Source: Candidatus Aenigmatarchaeota archaeon
GTDB lineage: Archaea; Aenigmatarchaeota; Aenigmatarchaeia; GW2011-AR5; JAGGXF01
Length of the DNA: 21,343 bases
Direction: 5' to 3'
Assembly (NCBI GenBank): GCA_029932645.1
Contig: JAOZPR010000001.1
Coordinates: 1-21,343 of the forward strand
Shown: piece by piece, positions 1 to 8,063 of the stretch
Layout: each line of letters starts with the position of its first letter
How positions within the stretch are numbered: the stretch's first letter is position 1
The notes under the pieces: generated by a model
Told to the model about the DNA's origin: nothing
Database searches by the model: none
Seen by the model: the letters and a program-made list of their open reading frames with translations, nothing else
Position numbers and translations under genes: made by a program

Positions 1-106
1 GGCTTACTTATTTTATATCAGCACTAATTGGCTTTTGAAGATAAATATAATCAGCAAAGAAATAGCTTTTATAAACTTGATGAAGACATTAATTATTGAT
101 ATGCTC

Positions 107-144
107 CCCAGCCTTGCTTCACTCTATGAGTGAGCGACGCTGGG
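107..144. other. GC-rich stem-loop in the intergenic region downstream of rtcB (possible small RNA or 3' element)
   Basis: CCCAGC(107-112)/GCTGGG(139-144) and TCACTC(119-124)/GAGTGA(128-133) pair around a TAT loop. A TATA-like TTTTATAAA lies at 67-75 and a T-run follows at 149-153. Confidence 0.45.
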
Positions 145-191
145 CTAATTTTTCGTTCGAAACTCACTCTCTATAGTGCTTGTTTATTTTA

Positions 192-1622
192 TTATCCTTT
201 CATAACAGCCAGGGGCACAAGCTTTGCAACAAGCTTTGCTATGCCTAGGGCATCTGAAACGCGTACGACTTCGTCTATATCTTTGTAAGCTTTTGGCGCC
301 TCTTCTGCCAAAACCTTCCACGAGGCCGACCGCACAAGTATGTTTTGCTTCGCCAGATCTTCCTTAACCTTCTCACCGCGTGTTGTTCTCAGCATTTGTG
401 ACCTGCTGGCAACTCTGCCTGCGCCGTGCGCAGTTGAACCGAATGTAAGATTCATCGCATCTTGCGTGCCATGGAGCACGTAAGAAGCAGTACCCATTGA
501 ACCGGGAATAAGGACAGGTTGGCCAACGTCTCTGTATACGGCAGGCACGTCTTTATGGCCCGGCGGAAAACTGCGCGTGGCGCCTTTTCTGTGCACATAA
601 ACCTTTTTTGTCTCGCCATTTATTTCATATTTTTCGACCTTGCCAATATTGTGACACACACCATAAACTATATGCATGCCAAGGTCTTCTGCACTCTGGC
701 CAATTACTTTTTGGAAAGCCTCGCGCGTCCAGTGGGTTATTAACTGTCTATTACAAAATGCAAAATTGGCAGCGCATTTCATTGCCTCATAATATTCAGC
801 ACATGTATCTGTGCCAGCAGGAGCATAAATAAGTTCCCGGTCAGGTAGCTTTGATATAGTATCCCTGAACTTATTTTCCATCTCCCTCAGATAATCTGTA
901 CAAACCTGATGACCAAATCCTCGAGAACCAGTATGAATCATCACGCATATCTGTCCCTTGCTCAGGCCAAAAGCCTTAGCAACATTTTCATCAAATATAT
1001 CATCAACGAGTTGTATCTCCACAAAATGATTTCCTGCGCCTGTTGTCCCTATCTGCTCTTTGCCTCTCTTAAGAGCCTTCTCAGAAACAGTGTCTGTGTC
1101 AGCAGGCATGTTTCCGTTTTCCTCCAAAAACTTTAGGTCCTCTTCCCATGCATATCCCTGCTCAACTGCCCACTTAACACCCTTGGCAAGCGGCTCTAAA
1201 AGCTCTTCTTTGCTTAAACGAATCTTACCAGACTTGCCAACGCCTGAAGGTATGTTCTTGAAAAGCGCGTCGAGAAGCTCTTTCAAGTGCGGCTTGACAT
1301 CATTGAACGTGAGGTTTGTTCTCACGAGACGGACGCCGCAATTAATATCAAAACCAATGCCTCCGGGCGATAAGCCGCCTTCTTCGTAATCAAGCGCTGC
1401 AACACCGCCTATCGGAAAGCCATACCCCTGATGACAATCGGGCAGCGCTATTGAATATTTATATATCCCAGGCAACGCAGCAACATTTTTAGTCTGCTCT
1501 ATTGTATTGTCTCCTTTAATCTTTTCAAGGAGCTTGTCAGATGCAAAAATCCGGCCAGGAACATTCATCTTTCCTTCTTTTAGTATTTCCCACGTCATGT
1601 CATTTATCTTTTTTAATTCCAT
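192..1622 (-). CDS. rtcB: tRNA-splicing ligase RtcB (3'-phosphate/5'-OH RNA ligase)
   Basis: Motifs PDCHQGYGFPIGG, GFDINCG, GNHF, HTGSRG, HNI, HRKGAT, PGSMG and HGAGR. The ATG at 1622 (MELKK) follows an AGGTGAT RBS, so it is preferred over the GTG at 1631. Confidence 0.97.
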   Translation of the reverse strand: MELKKINDMTWEILKEGKMNVPGRIFASDKLLEKIKGDNTIEQTKNVAALPGIYKYSIALPDCHQGYGFPIGGVAALDYEEGGLSPGGIGFDINCGVRLVRTNLTFNDVKPHLKELLDALFKNIPSGVGKSGKIRLSKEELLEPLAKGVKWAVEQGYAWEEDLKFLEENGNMPADTDTVSEKALKRGKEQIGTTGAGNHFVEIQLVDDIFDENVAKAFGLSKGQICVMIHTGSRGFGHQVCTDYLREMENKFRDTISKLPDRELIYAPAGTDTCAEYYEAMKCAANFAFCNRQLITHWTREAFQKVIGQSAEDLGMHIVYGVCHNIGKVEKYEINGETKKVYVHRKGATRSFPPGHKDVPAVYRDVGQPVLIPGSMGTASYVLHGTQDAMNLTFGSTAHGAGRVASRSQMLRTTRGEKVKEDLAKQNILVRSASWKVLAEEAPKAYKDIDEVVRVSDALGIAKLVAKLVPLAVMKG

Positions 1623-1665
1623 GATTATCACCTACCATATCAATAATGACAATAGCAACACTAAC

Positions 1666-2109
1666 CTATGTGTCTACTATTACTTGAACTTTATATCCTT
1701 CTTTTGTTTTTACTATCTCCATCTTATGATATGTTATTGCCTTGACCTCGCCGCGTAATTCATGACCAGCAAAAGCTTCGCCACGAATAGTAGCGTTCAG
1801 TTCCCATTTCTCATCTTTTTCGTGAGTTATAGTTATATTATTATATTCACTGAAAACAAGATGCTCTGTGTCGAATATGAATAAAATCTCAGACAACCAG
1901 TCATAAAGCAGTGATTTATCATCATGCGCATCCAGATGTATCTTTCGCTCTTCCTTATTATTTATCTTTGTTGTGTCTGTTATTATCTCTGTCATCGCCA
2001 GCGCAGCATTAGCAAAAGCCTGTTCCAATGTCTCGCCAAAAGCAACAAAGGCCCTGTCTGCCGTAGCAATATCAAGGAACTCATATCGTTTTTTTGCTTG
2101 CTCAGACAT
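1666..2109 (-). CDS. Archease (RtcB cofactor)
   Basis: 147 aa with YEFLDIATAD at the N-terminus, EVKAITYH, and C-terminal VIVDT. Lies directly upstream of rtcB on the same strand. Confidence 0.95.
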   Translation of the reverse strand: MSEQAKKRYEFLDIATADRAFVAFGETLEQAFANAALAMTEIITDTTKINNKEERKIHLDAHDDKSLLYDWLSEILFIFDTEHLVFSEYNNITITHEKDEKWELNATIRGEAFAGHELRGEVKAITYHKMEIVKTKEGYKVQVIVDT

Positions 2110-2184
2110 TTTTATCAGTACTTCTGTTAAACCTATTAACTGTTATTAAGAACCTTTTTAATTCTTATGCGTGATTAATTAAAT

Positions 2185-3243
2185 ATGAGTTCAGATATCA
2201 AAAAAATTCTCGCGGAAAAGAAGCCGATGATAGATAAAATAATAGAAAAATGGGTTCCGCGCGAATATGATGAAAAAAGCCTAGCCAAAACATGCGGCCC
2301 AGGTAATTATGACACAGATGCTGCTAACAAAGCAGTATCAGAACCTGTCTGGGACATGCTAGACAGAGGTGGAAAGCGCTGGCGACCTGTGTTGATGCTA
2401 TTAATCATAGAAGCACTCGGCAAAGATCCAAAAGAATTCTTAGATTTTGTCGCAATACCAGAACTCATCCACAATGGAACATTGATGATAGATGACATAG
2501 AAGACGATTCTGAGCTAAGAAGAGGCAAGCCTTGCACACACAAAAAATTCGGCACAGACATAGCGGTAAACACGGGCAACGCAATGTATTATCTGCCGAT
2601 GCAAATTGTCCTGAAGAGCAATCTGAACGTCGAAAAAAAGACAAGGATATATGAAACTTACATACAAGAGATGATAAATATATCCTTTGGTCAGGGCTTT
2701 GACATCGCCTGGCACCGTGGCCTAGCTAATGCTGATAGCATCACAGAAGCAGAATACCTACAGATGTGCGCATTCAAGACAGGCACGCTTGCGCGCATGG
2801 CTGCAAAGCTCGGTGCGATACTTGCAGACGCTGACAAAACTACCACGGAAAAAATAGGCCGCTTTGCCGAAAGCATAGGTGTGGCTTTTCAAATACAAGA
2901 TGACATCCTGAACATACAGCCAACCAAGGAATGGGGTAAAGAAATCGGTGACGACATAAACGAGGGCAAGCGCACACTCATGGTCATACATACACTGAAA
3001 AAAGCCAATGAACAGGATAAAAAAAGACTCATAGAGATTCTGAATATGCACACAAAGGACACAAAACTCATCAAAGAAGCTATAGACATCATAAAGAAGT
3101 ATGACTCAATAAACTATGCAAAGACCTTTGCCAGCGACATCGTGAAAAAAGCTTGGGTCGATATAGACGAACTTCTACCAAAAAGCGAGGCAAAGGAGAA
3201 TCTCGGGGCCTTTGCTGACTTCTTGGTTGAGCGTGGCATATAA
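2185..3243 (+). CDS. Trans-isoprenyl diphosphate synthase (GGPP synthase/IdsA family)
   Basis: GGKRWRP, first Asp-rich motif DDIED followed by LRRG, GQGFD, KTG, second motif FQIQDDIL, and GDDINEGK. Confidence 0.93.
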   Translation: MSSDIKKILAEKKPMIDKIIEKWVPREYDEKSLAKTCGPGNYDTDAANKAVSEPVWDMLDRGGKRWRPVLMLLIIEALGKDPKEFLDFVAIPELIHNGTLMIDDIEDDSELRRGKPCTHKKFGTDIAVNTGNAMYYLPMQIVLKSNLNVEKKTRIYETYIQEMINISFGQGFDIAWHRGLANADSITEAEYLQMCAFKTGTLARMAAKLGAILADADKTTTEKIGRFAESIGVAFQIQDDILNIQPTKEWGKEIGDDINEGKRTLMVIHTLKKANEQDKKRLIEILNMHTKDTKLIKEAIDIIKKYDSINYAKTFASDIVKKAWVDIDELLPKSEAKENLGAFADFLVERGI

Positions 3244-3270
3244 CAGGAAAGAAAATTGCAACCAGTCTTT

Positions 3271-3279
3271 CTTTAAAAA
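3271..3279 (+). promoter_or_regulatory. Putative TATA box of the tRNA-Pro/HAD transcript
   Basis: CTTTAAAAA located about 26-34 nt upstream of tRNA position 1. Confidence 0.5.
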
Positions 3280-3321
3280 TTTTATTCTCAAGTTATATCA
3301 TAAAGGGTCTGTAGTCTAGCT

Positions 3322-3340
3322 AATGCGCAAGCATCTAGAA
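3322..3340 (+). other. 19-nt non-canonical D-loop tRNA intron (position 17/17a)
   Basis: Bulge-helix-bulge: central CTAG(3316-3319)/CTAG(3335-3338), bulges CT^A and AA^T, inner hairpin ATGC-GCAA-GCAT. Removal restores the D-loop AGCTTGGTTTA. Confidence 0.85.
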
Positions 3341-3363
3341 TGGTTTAGGATCGGGCCTTCGGG

Positions 3364-3413
3364 TGAACCTTTCTTTTAAAGAAAGCTTCAATGGAAAGAA
3401 ATCTGATAGGAAA
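3364..3413 (+). other. 50-nt tRNA intron at canonical position 37/38
   Basis: Removal restores a 7-nt anticodon loop TTCGGGA closed by GGGCC/GGCTC. Contains the hairpin TGAA-C-CTTTCTT...AAGAAAG-C-TTCA. The BHB geometry is imperfect. Confidence 0.8.
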
Positions 3414-3449
3414 AGGCTCAGACAGGAGTTCAAATCTCCTCAGACCCAT

Positions 3450-4109
3450 ATGTTAAAGGCAGTAATATTTGATATGGACGGTGTGATTGTTGATAGCGAA
3501 GAGTATCACGCGTCTACAGAACACGAAGTGCTAGAAAGAATTGGATTGAACGTCAGTATAGAAGAACTAAAAATGGAACTTGGAAAGTCAGAAAAAGCTT
3601 TCTTTAGAGGTGTTCTAACCAAGTATGGAAGAACGGAAAACATTGAGGATACAATCAAAAAACTGATAAAAGAAAAGCACAAAATTTACTTGGAACTCTT
3701 AAAAAGCGCGAAACCCATTCCCGGTGCTATTGAACTCATAGAAAAAATGAGAAAAAACGGCTTCAAAACTGCAATTGCAACGAGTTCCGTAAGAAAAGCA
3801 TTGAACATTGTAGTAAAATCTTTGGGCCTTGAAAAATTTTTTGATGCGATGGTCTGCGTGGATGATGTCAAAAAAGGAAAACCAGAGCCAGATATTTTCC
3901 TCGTGGCTGCTGAAAGGCTTGGTTTTCAGCCAAATGAATGTCTGGTCATAGAAGATGCTACCAACGGCGTGGAAGCAGCCAAGCGAGCAGGCATGAAAAC
4001 CATTGGATTTATAAGCCCAAGCAGCGGAAAGCAGGATTTATCCGAAGCAGACCTTGTGGTGGACGACCTCAGAAAAATAACCATTGATGAAATCAAAAAG
4101 TTATTTTGA
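3450..4109 (+). CDS. HAD-superfamily IA hydrolase (beta-phosphoglucomutase/CbbY-like phosphatase)
   Basis: MLKAVIFDMDGVIVDSE (motif I), ATSS, KGKPEPDIF and VIED. The ORF-track extension to 3363 runs through the tRNA, so the real start is taken as ATG 3450. Confidence 0.9.
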   Translation: MLKAVIFDMDGVIVDSEEYHASTEHEVLERIGLNVSIEELKMELGKSEKAFFRGVLTKYGRTENIEDTIKKLIKEKHKIYLELLKSAKPIPGAIELIEKMRKNGFKTAIATSSVRKALNIVVKSLGLEKFFDAMVCVDDVKKGKPEPDIFLVAAERLGFQPNECLVIEDATNGVEAAKRAGMKTIGFISPSSGKQDLSEADLVVDDLRKITIDEIKKLF

Positions 4110-4500
4110 TGACAACCTTGTTGCCTTTTTGTATTTTCTTCACGAGACTTCTTTTCAAATCTTTCGACGCCTTGTTCGCGCCAATCGCCAGGGTCCTGTC
4201 ATCTATGTAGCTGCTTTTTCTTATTACGGCGTCCTTTTTGTGTCTAAGCGTCAGGTCAGGATGACCGCGCGCTTTTATTATATCGCTTGCTTCGTCGCAT
4301 TCTATTCTTACAGAAATTGCTCTGCCCGCGCGCAGATGATTTTTTAACTTCTTTGATAAGTCAGCGCACACTTTATCAGCGCAGAGAGCAATAATACAAT
4401 TGCCCTCGTGCGTTACATATTTATCCTTGGTGAACTCTATCGTGGTCTTGTGTGTTGAGAGAATGTTTTCATGGCCTTTTGCATGAATGACTTCCTGCAT
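4093..4500 (-). CDS. DUF371 family protein (archaeal, function unknown)
   Basis: AKGHENILSTHKTTIEFTKD, GNCII, GHPDL, VIRKS and RTLAIGANKASKDL match the family as recalled. Confidence 0.88.
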   Translation of the reverse strand: MQEVIHAKGHENILSTHKTTIEFTKDKYVTHEGNCIIALCADKVCADLSKKLKNHLRAGRAISVRIECDEASDIIKARGHPDLTLRHKKDAVIRKSSYIDDRTLAIGANKASKDLKRSLVKKIQKGNKVVIKITF

Positions 4501-4521
4501 ATAATCACTTATCGCCCTCGC

Positions 4522-5325
4522 TTATGACTTGGCTCTCTTCTTGGCGCTCTTGCTCTTGGTGCTTTTCTTTCTCATTTTGCGCTTAATAGCTTTTCTTGCA
4601 AAAGTCAGAAACCCGGTGTGCCCAAGCATGCGGTTTTTTGGCCGCGAGAAGTAATCAGACTGCCATTCCCTTTCAATGATTTCTTTTGTTGTTATATGTG
4701 CAAATCCTGCCTCCTGCATCCTTTTTCTGACACTGATAACCTGTTCTATGTAAGGGGAGTATACGACAAGCCATGCGCCCGGCTTCAATGATCGGAAAGC
4801 TTTTTCGACGTATTGCTCAGCATCTCTCACATCAAGTGTTACCAGATCCAGATGCTTTTCAGTCATCTTTTTCAATGGTTTGTTTTTTATATTGACTATT
4901 TTTTCCAGCCCGCATTTCTTTACATTGTGCTTGGCTACCTCTGCGAATTTTTTGTTGTTTTCATAGCTGACAACAGAACCTCTTGGCCCGACAGCATTAC
5001 CTATCATTATCGCAAGAAATGCAGAACCAGCGCCCGCATCAATACATTTCCAGCCAGGGCGAACGCCAACATGTGCTATTATGGCAGCGGCGTCTTTTGC
5101 TGTGACAACCTGTGGCATTCTCTTCAGTTTTCTCATCATGTCTGACATGGTTGGCTGAACTGCCACGAATGCAACCCCTTTGTGCGTACGAATAGTTTGG
5201 CCGTATTTCTTTATCTTTTTCAGGTCTATTACACCAAACTCTGTGTGCAACTTGCCATGTGCCTTCTGAACAAGATATGTTCGCTTGTTGCTGAGCAGCA
5301 GAATAAAATCATCTTTCTTGAGCAT
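4522..5325 (-). CDS. trmI: tRNA (adenine-57/58-N1)-methyltransferase TrmI (Gcd14 family) with a Lys-rich C-terminal tail
   Basis: KRMPQVVTAKD, SAM-binding DAGAGSA, LD, YSPYIEQ, and RP...MLGHTGFLTFARK. Confidence 0.92.
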   Translation of the reverse strand: MLKKDDFILLLSNKRTYLVQKAHGKLHTEFGVIDLKKIKKYGQTIRTHKGVAFVAVQPTMSDMMRKLKRMPQVVTAKDAAAIIAHVGVRPGWKCIDAGAGSAFLAIMIGNAVGPRGSVVSYENNKKFAEVAKHNVKKCGLEKIVNIKNKPLKKMTEKHLDLVTLDVRDAEQYVEKAFRSLKPGAWLVVYSPYIEQVISVRKRMQEAGFAHITTKEIIEREWQSDYFSRPKNRMLGHTGFLTFARKAIKRKMRKKSTKSKSAKKRAKS

Positions 5326-5346
5326 AATAAGTTAATGAAGAAAGAA

Positions 5347-5354
5347 TATTTATA
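5347..5354 (-). promoter_or_regulatory. Putative TATA box for a leaderless trmI transcript
   Basis: TATAAATA on the minus strand ends about 21 nt before the trmI ATG, and no RBS is visible. Confidence 0.5.
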
Positions 5355-5371
5355 TTGATTATAGATGTTGC

Positions 5372-6091
5372 TTATCGGCCAAACCTTCTCTTCCTTTTTT
5401 CAAACTCTTTTATGGCATCAGAAAAATCTTTCTTGGTCATTTCAGGCCATTTCTTGTCTAGGAAAATAATCTCTGAATATGCTGACTGATATGTCAAAAA
5501 GTTGGACAACCGCTTTTCGCCGCCTGTCCTAATTATCAAATCAGGCGCTGGCCAGCCATTGGTGTAGAGATTATGTCTGAACAAGTCTTCATTTATTTCA
5601 TGTGGCTTGATTATTCCTTTGGTGAGCTTGACAGCCACTTGTCGAACAGCATCAACAATTTCCTGCTGCCCACCATAGGCAACAGCTATCTGCAAGAAAT
5701 ATTTTTTGTTCTTTGCTGTGTGCTTTTCGACCCTTTTCATCTTTTCTTGAAGCAGCTTTGGTAAAAGCCTCGTACGTCCTATAAACCTGACGCAGACATT
5801 ATATTTGTTAACGGGGTGGTCTGCGACTTTCAGCATGGCATCACATTCCTTACCAATTTGCTGAAATATGAATAGCAGCTCCTCCTTTGGTCTCGAATGC
5901 AAGTTCTCAAGAGAAAGTGTATAAGCAGTCATATACTTGATTTTTTTCTCAATACCCCACTCTAAAACTTCTCTGGCCTTTAATCTGCCTTTTTTATGGC
6001 CAAAGTTTGGACTATGCATAAGATAGCGGGCATAACGCCTATTGCCGTCCATTATAACTCCCACGTGAACAGGTTTAGCCAATGCGAACAC
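5372..6091 (-). CDS. uppS: cis-prenyltransferase (UppS-like; glycosyl-carrier lipid synthesis)
   Basis: PVHVGVIMDGNRRYA, YTLSLEN, AYGG, PDLIIRTGGEKRLSNFL and C-terminal RRFGR. The start may instead be TTG 6082, which follows GGGGTG. Confidence 0.95.
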   Translation of the reverse strand: MFALAKPVHVGVIMDGNRRYARYLMHSPNFGHKKGRLKAREVLEWGIEKKIKYMTAYTLSLENLHSRPKEELLFIFQQIGKECDAMLKVADHPVNKYNVCVRFIGRTRLLPKLLQEKMKRVEKHTAKNKKYFLQIAVAYGGQQEIVDAVRQVAVKLTKGIIKPHEINEDLFRHNLYTNGWPAPDLIIRTGGEKRLSNFLTYQSAYSEIIFLDKKWPEMTKKDFSDAIKEFEKRKRRFGR

Positions 6092-6173
6092 CCCAATAAC
6101 TATTGCTTATATTTAATTTAGCTAAATTTAAAATTTAAAAATGTATCTTATGCATAGGTAGAGATAGATTACG

Positions 6174-6998
6174 ATGATAAATATTATAACTCTTGCTGTG
6201 GCTTTTGCTGGCTCTTTGCTGGCAGCATGGGAAGACCTAAAAACTACGGAGATTCCGGATGAAATCCCACTTATGATGGGCACTTTGGGCATATTTTATT
6301 GGTATATTTACTCACTAAATACGGGCAGCTTCCAGCTTTTGTTCTTTTCATTGGCTTTTGGCTCGATTTTGCTGGCATTTGGCTGGCTGCTCTATTTGGG
6401 TGGCCAGTGGGGAGGAGGGGACGCAAAAGTTCTGGGAGCAATAGGATTCCTTATGCCTTTTTATTCATGGCTCGCATTGGATGTAGCATCGCTTTATGTT
6501 GCATTTGTCATTAATCTGTTCTTGGTTGGCTCTGTGTATATGATATTCTACACGCTCGTCATCGGCGCCAGAAATAAAAAAATATAGCCAGCATTTGCCA
6601 AATCAGTAAAAGGGGATGTCAAAACTGTTTTTGGTATCCCTGTTGCGTGCGTGCTAGCTGCTACAGCAGTCATCAACATGATAGGGTTCTCAGAACCAGC
6701 CATGGTCATAGTCGTCTTTTTCACATCCCTGTTCATAACATTGTTCTGGAAATATGCCAAGGTTATTGAAAACGTGGCATTCCGGCGTAAGATAGCCGTA
6801 GCAAAACTAAGAGAGGGTGACGTGCTTTTTGAGTCTAAAAAATGGGTTGGACTCACAAAAGAAGAAGTCCAGAAAATAAAGAGAACGAGAAAGAACGTTG
6901 TTATAAAAGAGGGCGTGCGCTTTGCGCCGGCCTTTCCGCTCGCCTTGGTTGCGACATATTATCTTGGTAATATAATATTATCATTTATGGTGATATAA
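6174..6998 (+). pseudogene. A24 prepilin/prearchaellin peptidase (FlaK/PibD/EppA-like) interrupted by one in-frame TAG at 6585-6587; pseudogene, read-through gene or sequence error
   Basis: WEDLKTTEIPD and GGGDAK supply the catalytic aspartates. The frame stays open after the TAG (PAFAKSVKG...) through KLREGDVL and IKEGVRFAPAF to TAA 6998. Confidence 0.8.
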
Positions 6999-8021
6999 TT
7001 GGCAACGCTCCCTGCTATTATAGACATTGAAAAAAACATGATTAAAAAAGCAGGTGATATAATCAGACCAATGAACCTGGGTAACAAATGTCTCATAGTC
7101 ACCGGGGTTAACACAAAGAAAATTGCAGGTCAAAAATTATATAACGAATTGAAAAAGGAATACGAAACAGACATCATAATCGGCGTCTCAAACGAGAAAA
7201 AAGAGCTGGAGTCGTTTGCAAAGAATGTAGAACCATATAACTTCTTGGTAGGTGTCGGCGGCGGAAAAATAATGGACATAACAAAATATTCTGCCCACCT
7301 AACAGGAAAGCCATGGGTATCATTTCCTACTGTCCTTAGTCACGACGGTATTGTATCTTCTCGAGCTTCGCTCAGTGATAATGGCACGAAAACATCAATA
7401 AATGCAAAAGAACCAAGGGCCATCCTGGCTGACTACGATATTCTAAAAGAAGCACCAACACGCTGGATGATATCAGGCGCTGCTGACTTGATATCCAACT
7501 ATTCTGCTGTGGAAGACTGGCGTCTAGCGAGCAGCGCCGAGCAAGAAAAATATAGCGAGCTGTGCGCAGGACTGTCACTCACAGCTGCCAACGCATGCGT
7601 GGCTGATATGAAAGACATAATAAGAAAAAATTACAATGGCGTTAGAACACTTCTCGAAGCCCTCGTCTTGTCAGGCTTCGCAATGAACCTTTTTGGCTCC
7701 TCCAGGCCTGCGTCGGGCTCAGAACATAATTTTGCGCACGCACTGGAAATGATGAACGCTCCGGGGCTTCACGGCGAACAGTGTGGTATTGGGACAATAA
7801 TATCTTCTTACCTGCAAAAAAAGAACTGGGTAAAAATCAAGGAACATCTAAAGAACTTTGGCGCGCCGACCAAAGCATCGGACATTAAAATAACAGACGA
7901 GCAAGCCATAGAAGCCCTTGTTCAGGCACCGAAAATCCGGACCAGGTATACTATACTAGATAGATATGACATAGACAGGAAAATGGCAAAGCAAATCTTG
8001 GAAACAGTCGGAGTTATATAA
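6999..8021 (+). CDS. egsA: sn-glycerol-1-phosphate dehydrogenase
   Basis: GVGGGKIMD, PTVLSHDGIVS, SSRPASGSEH, LHGEQ and RTRYTIL. TTG start with a GGTGAT RBS at 6989-6994. Confidence 0.94.
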   Translation: MATLPAIIDIEKNMIKKAGDIIRPMNLGNKCLIVTGVNTKKIAGQKLYNELKKEYETDIIIGVSNEKKELESFAKNVEPYNFLVGVGGGKIMDITKYSAHLTGKPWVSFPTVLSHDGIVSSRASLSDNGTKTSINAKEPRAILADYDILKEAPTRWMISGAADLISNYSAVEDWRLASSAEQEKYSELCAGLSLTAANACVADMKDIIRKNYNGVRTLLEALVLSGFAMNLFGSSRPASGSEHNFAHALEMMNAPGLHGEQCGIGTIISSYLQKKNWVKIKEHLKNFGAPTKASDIKITDEQAIEALVQAPKIRTRYTILDRYDIDRKMAKQILETVGVI

Positions 8022-8063
8022 AAGAGTTATATAAAATAAAAGTAAAATAAAAGGAGGGTTGTT

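Larger units (their letters stand above)
3305..3448 (+). tRNA. tRNA-Pro(CGG) with two introns; CCA not encoded
   Basis: Acceptor stem GGGTCTG/CAGACCC plus discriminator A. D-arm GTCT-AGCT^TGGTTTA-GGAT. Anticodon stem GGGCC/GGCTC with loop TT-CGG-G^A. Variable loop AGAC. T-arm AGGAG-TTCAAAT-CTCCT. Confidence 0.93.

Noticed and set aside
3363..3449. 29-aa N-terminal extension of the HAD ORF in the ORF track
   Set aside because: It overlaps the tRNA intron and 3' exon; HAD motif I begins right after ATG 3450.
3449..4109. Integrated element at the tRNA 3' end
   Set aside because: No integrase and no duplicated tRNA 3' fragment were seen in the window.
6585..6587. Genome-wide TAG reassignment (alternative genetic code)
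   Set aside because: TAG ends archease, the PNPOx-like gene, the histone and tfb at their natural C-termini, and no other gene in the window needs read-through.
6651..6998. Independent 115-aa gene
   Set aside because: It is in frame with, and the natural C-terminal half of, the prepilin peptidase; no RBS is visible.
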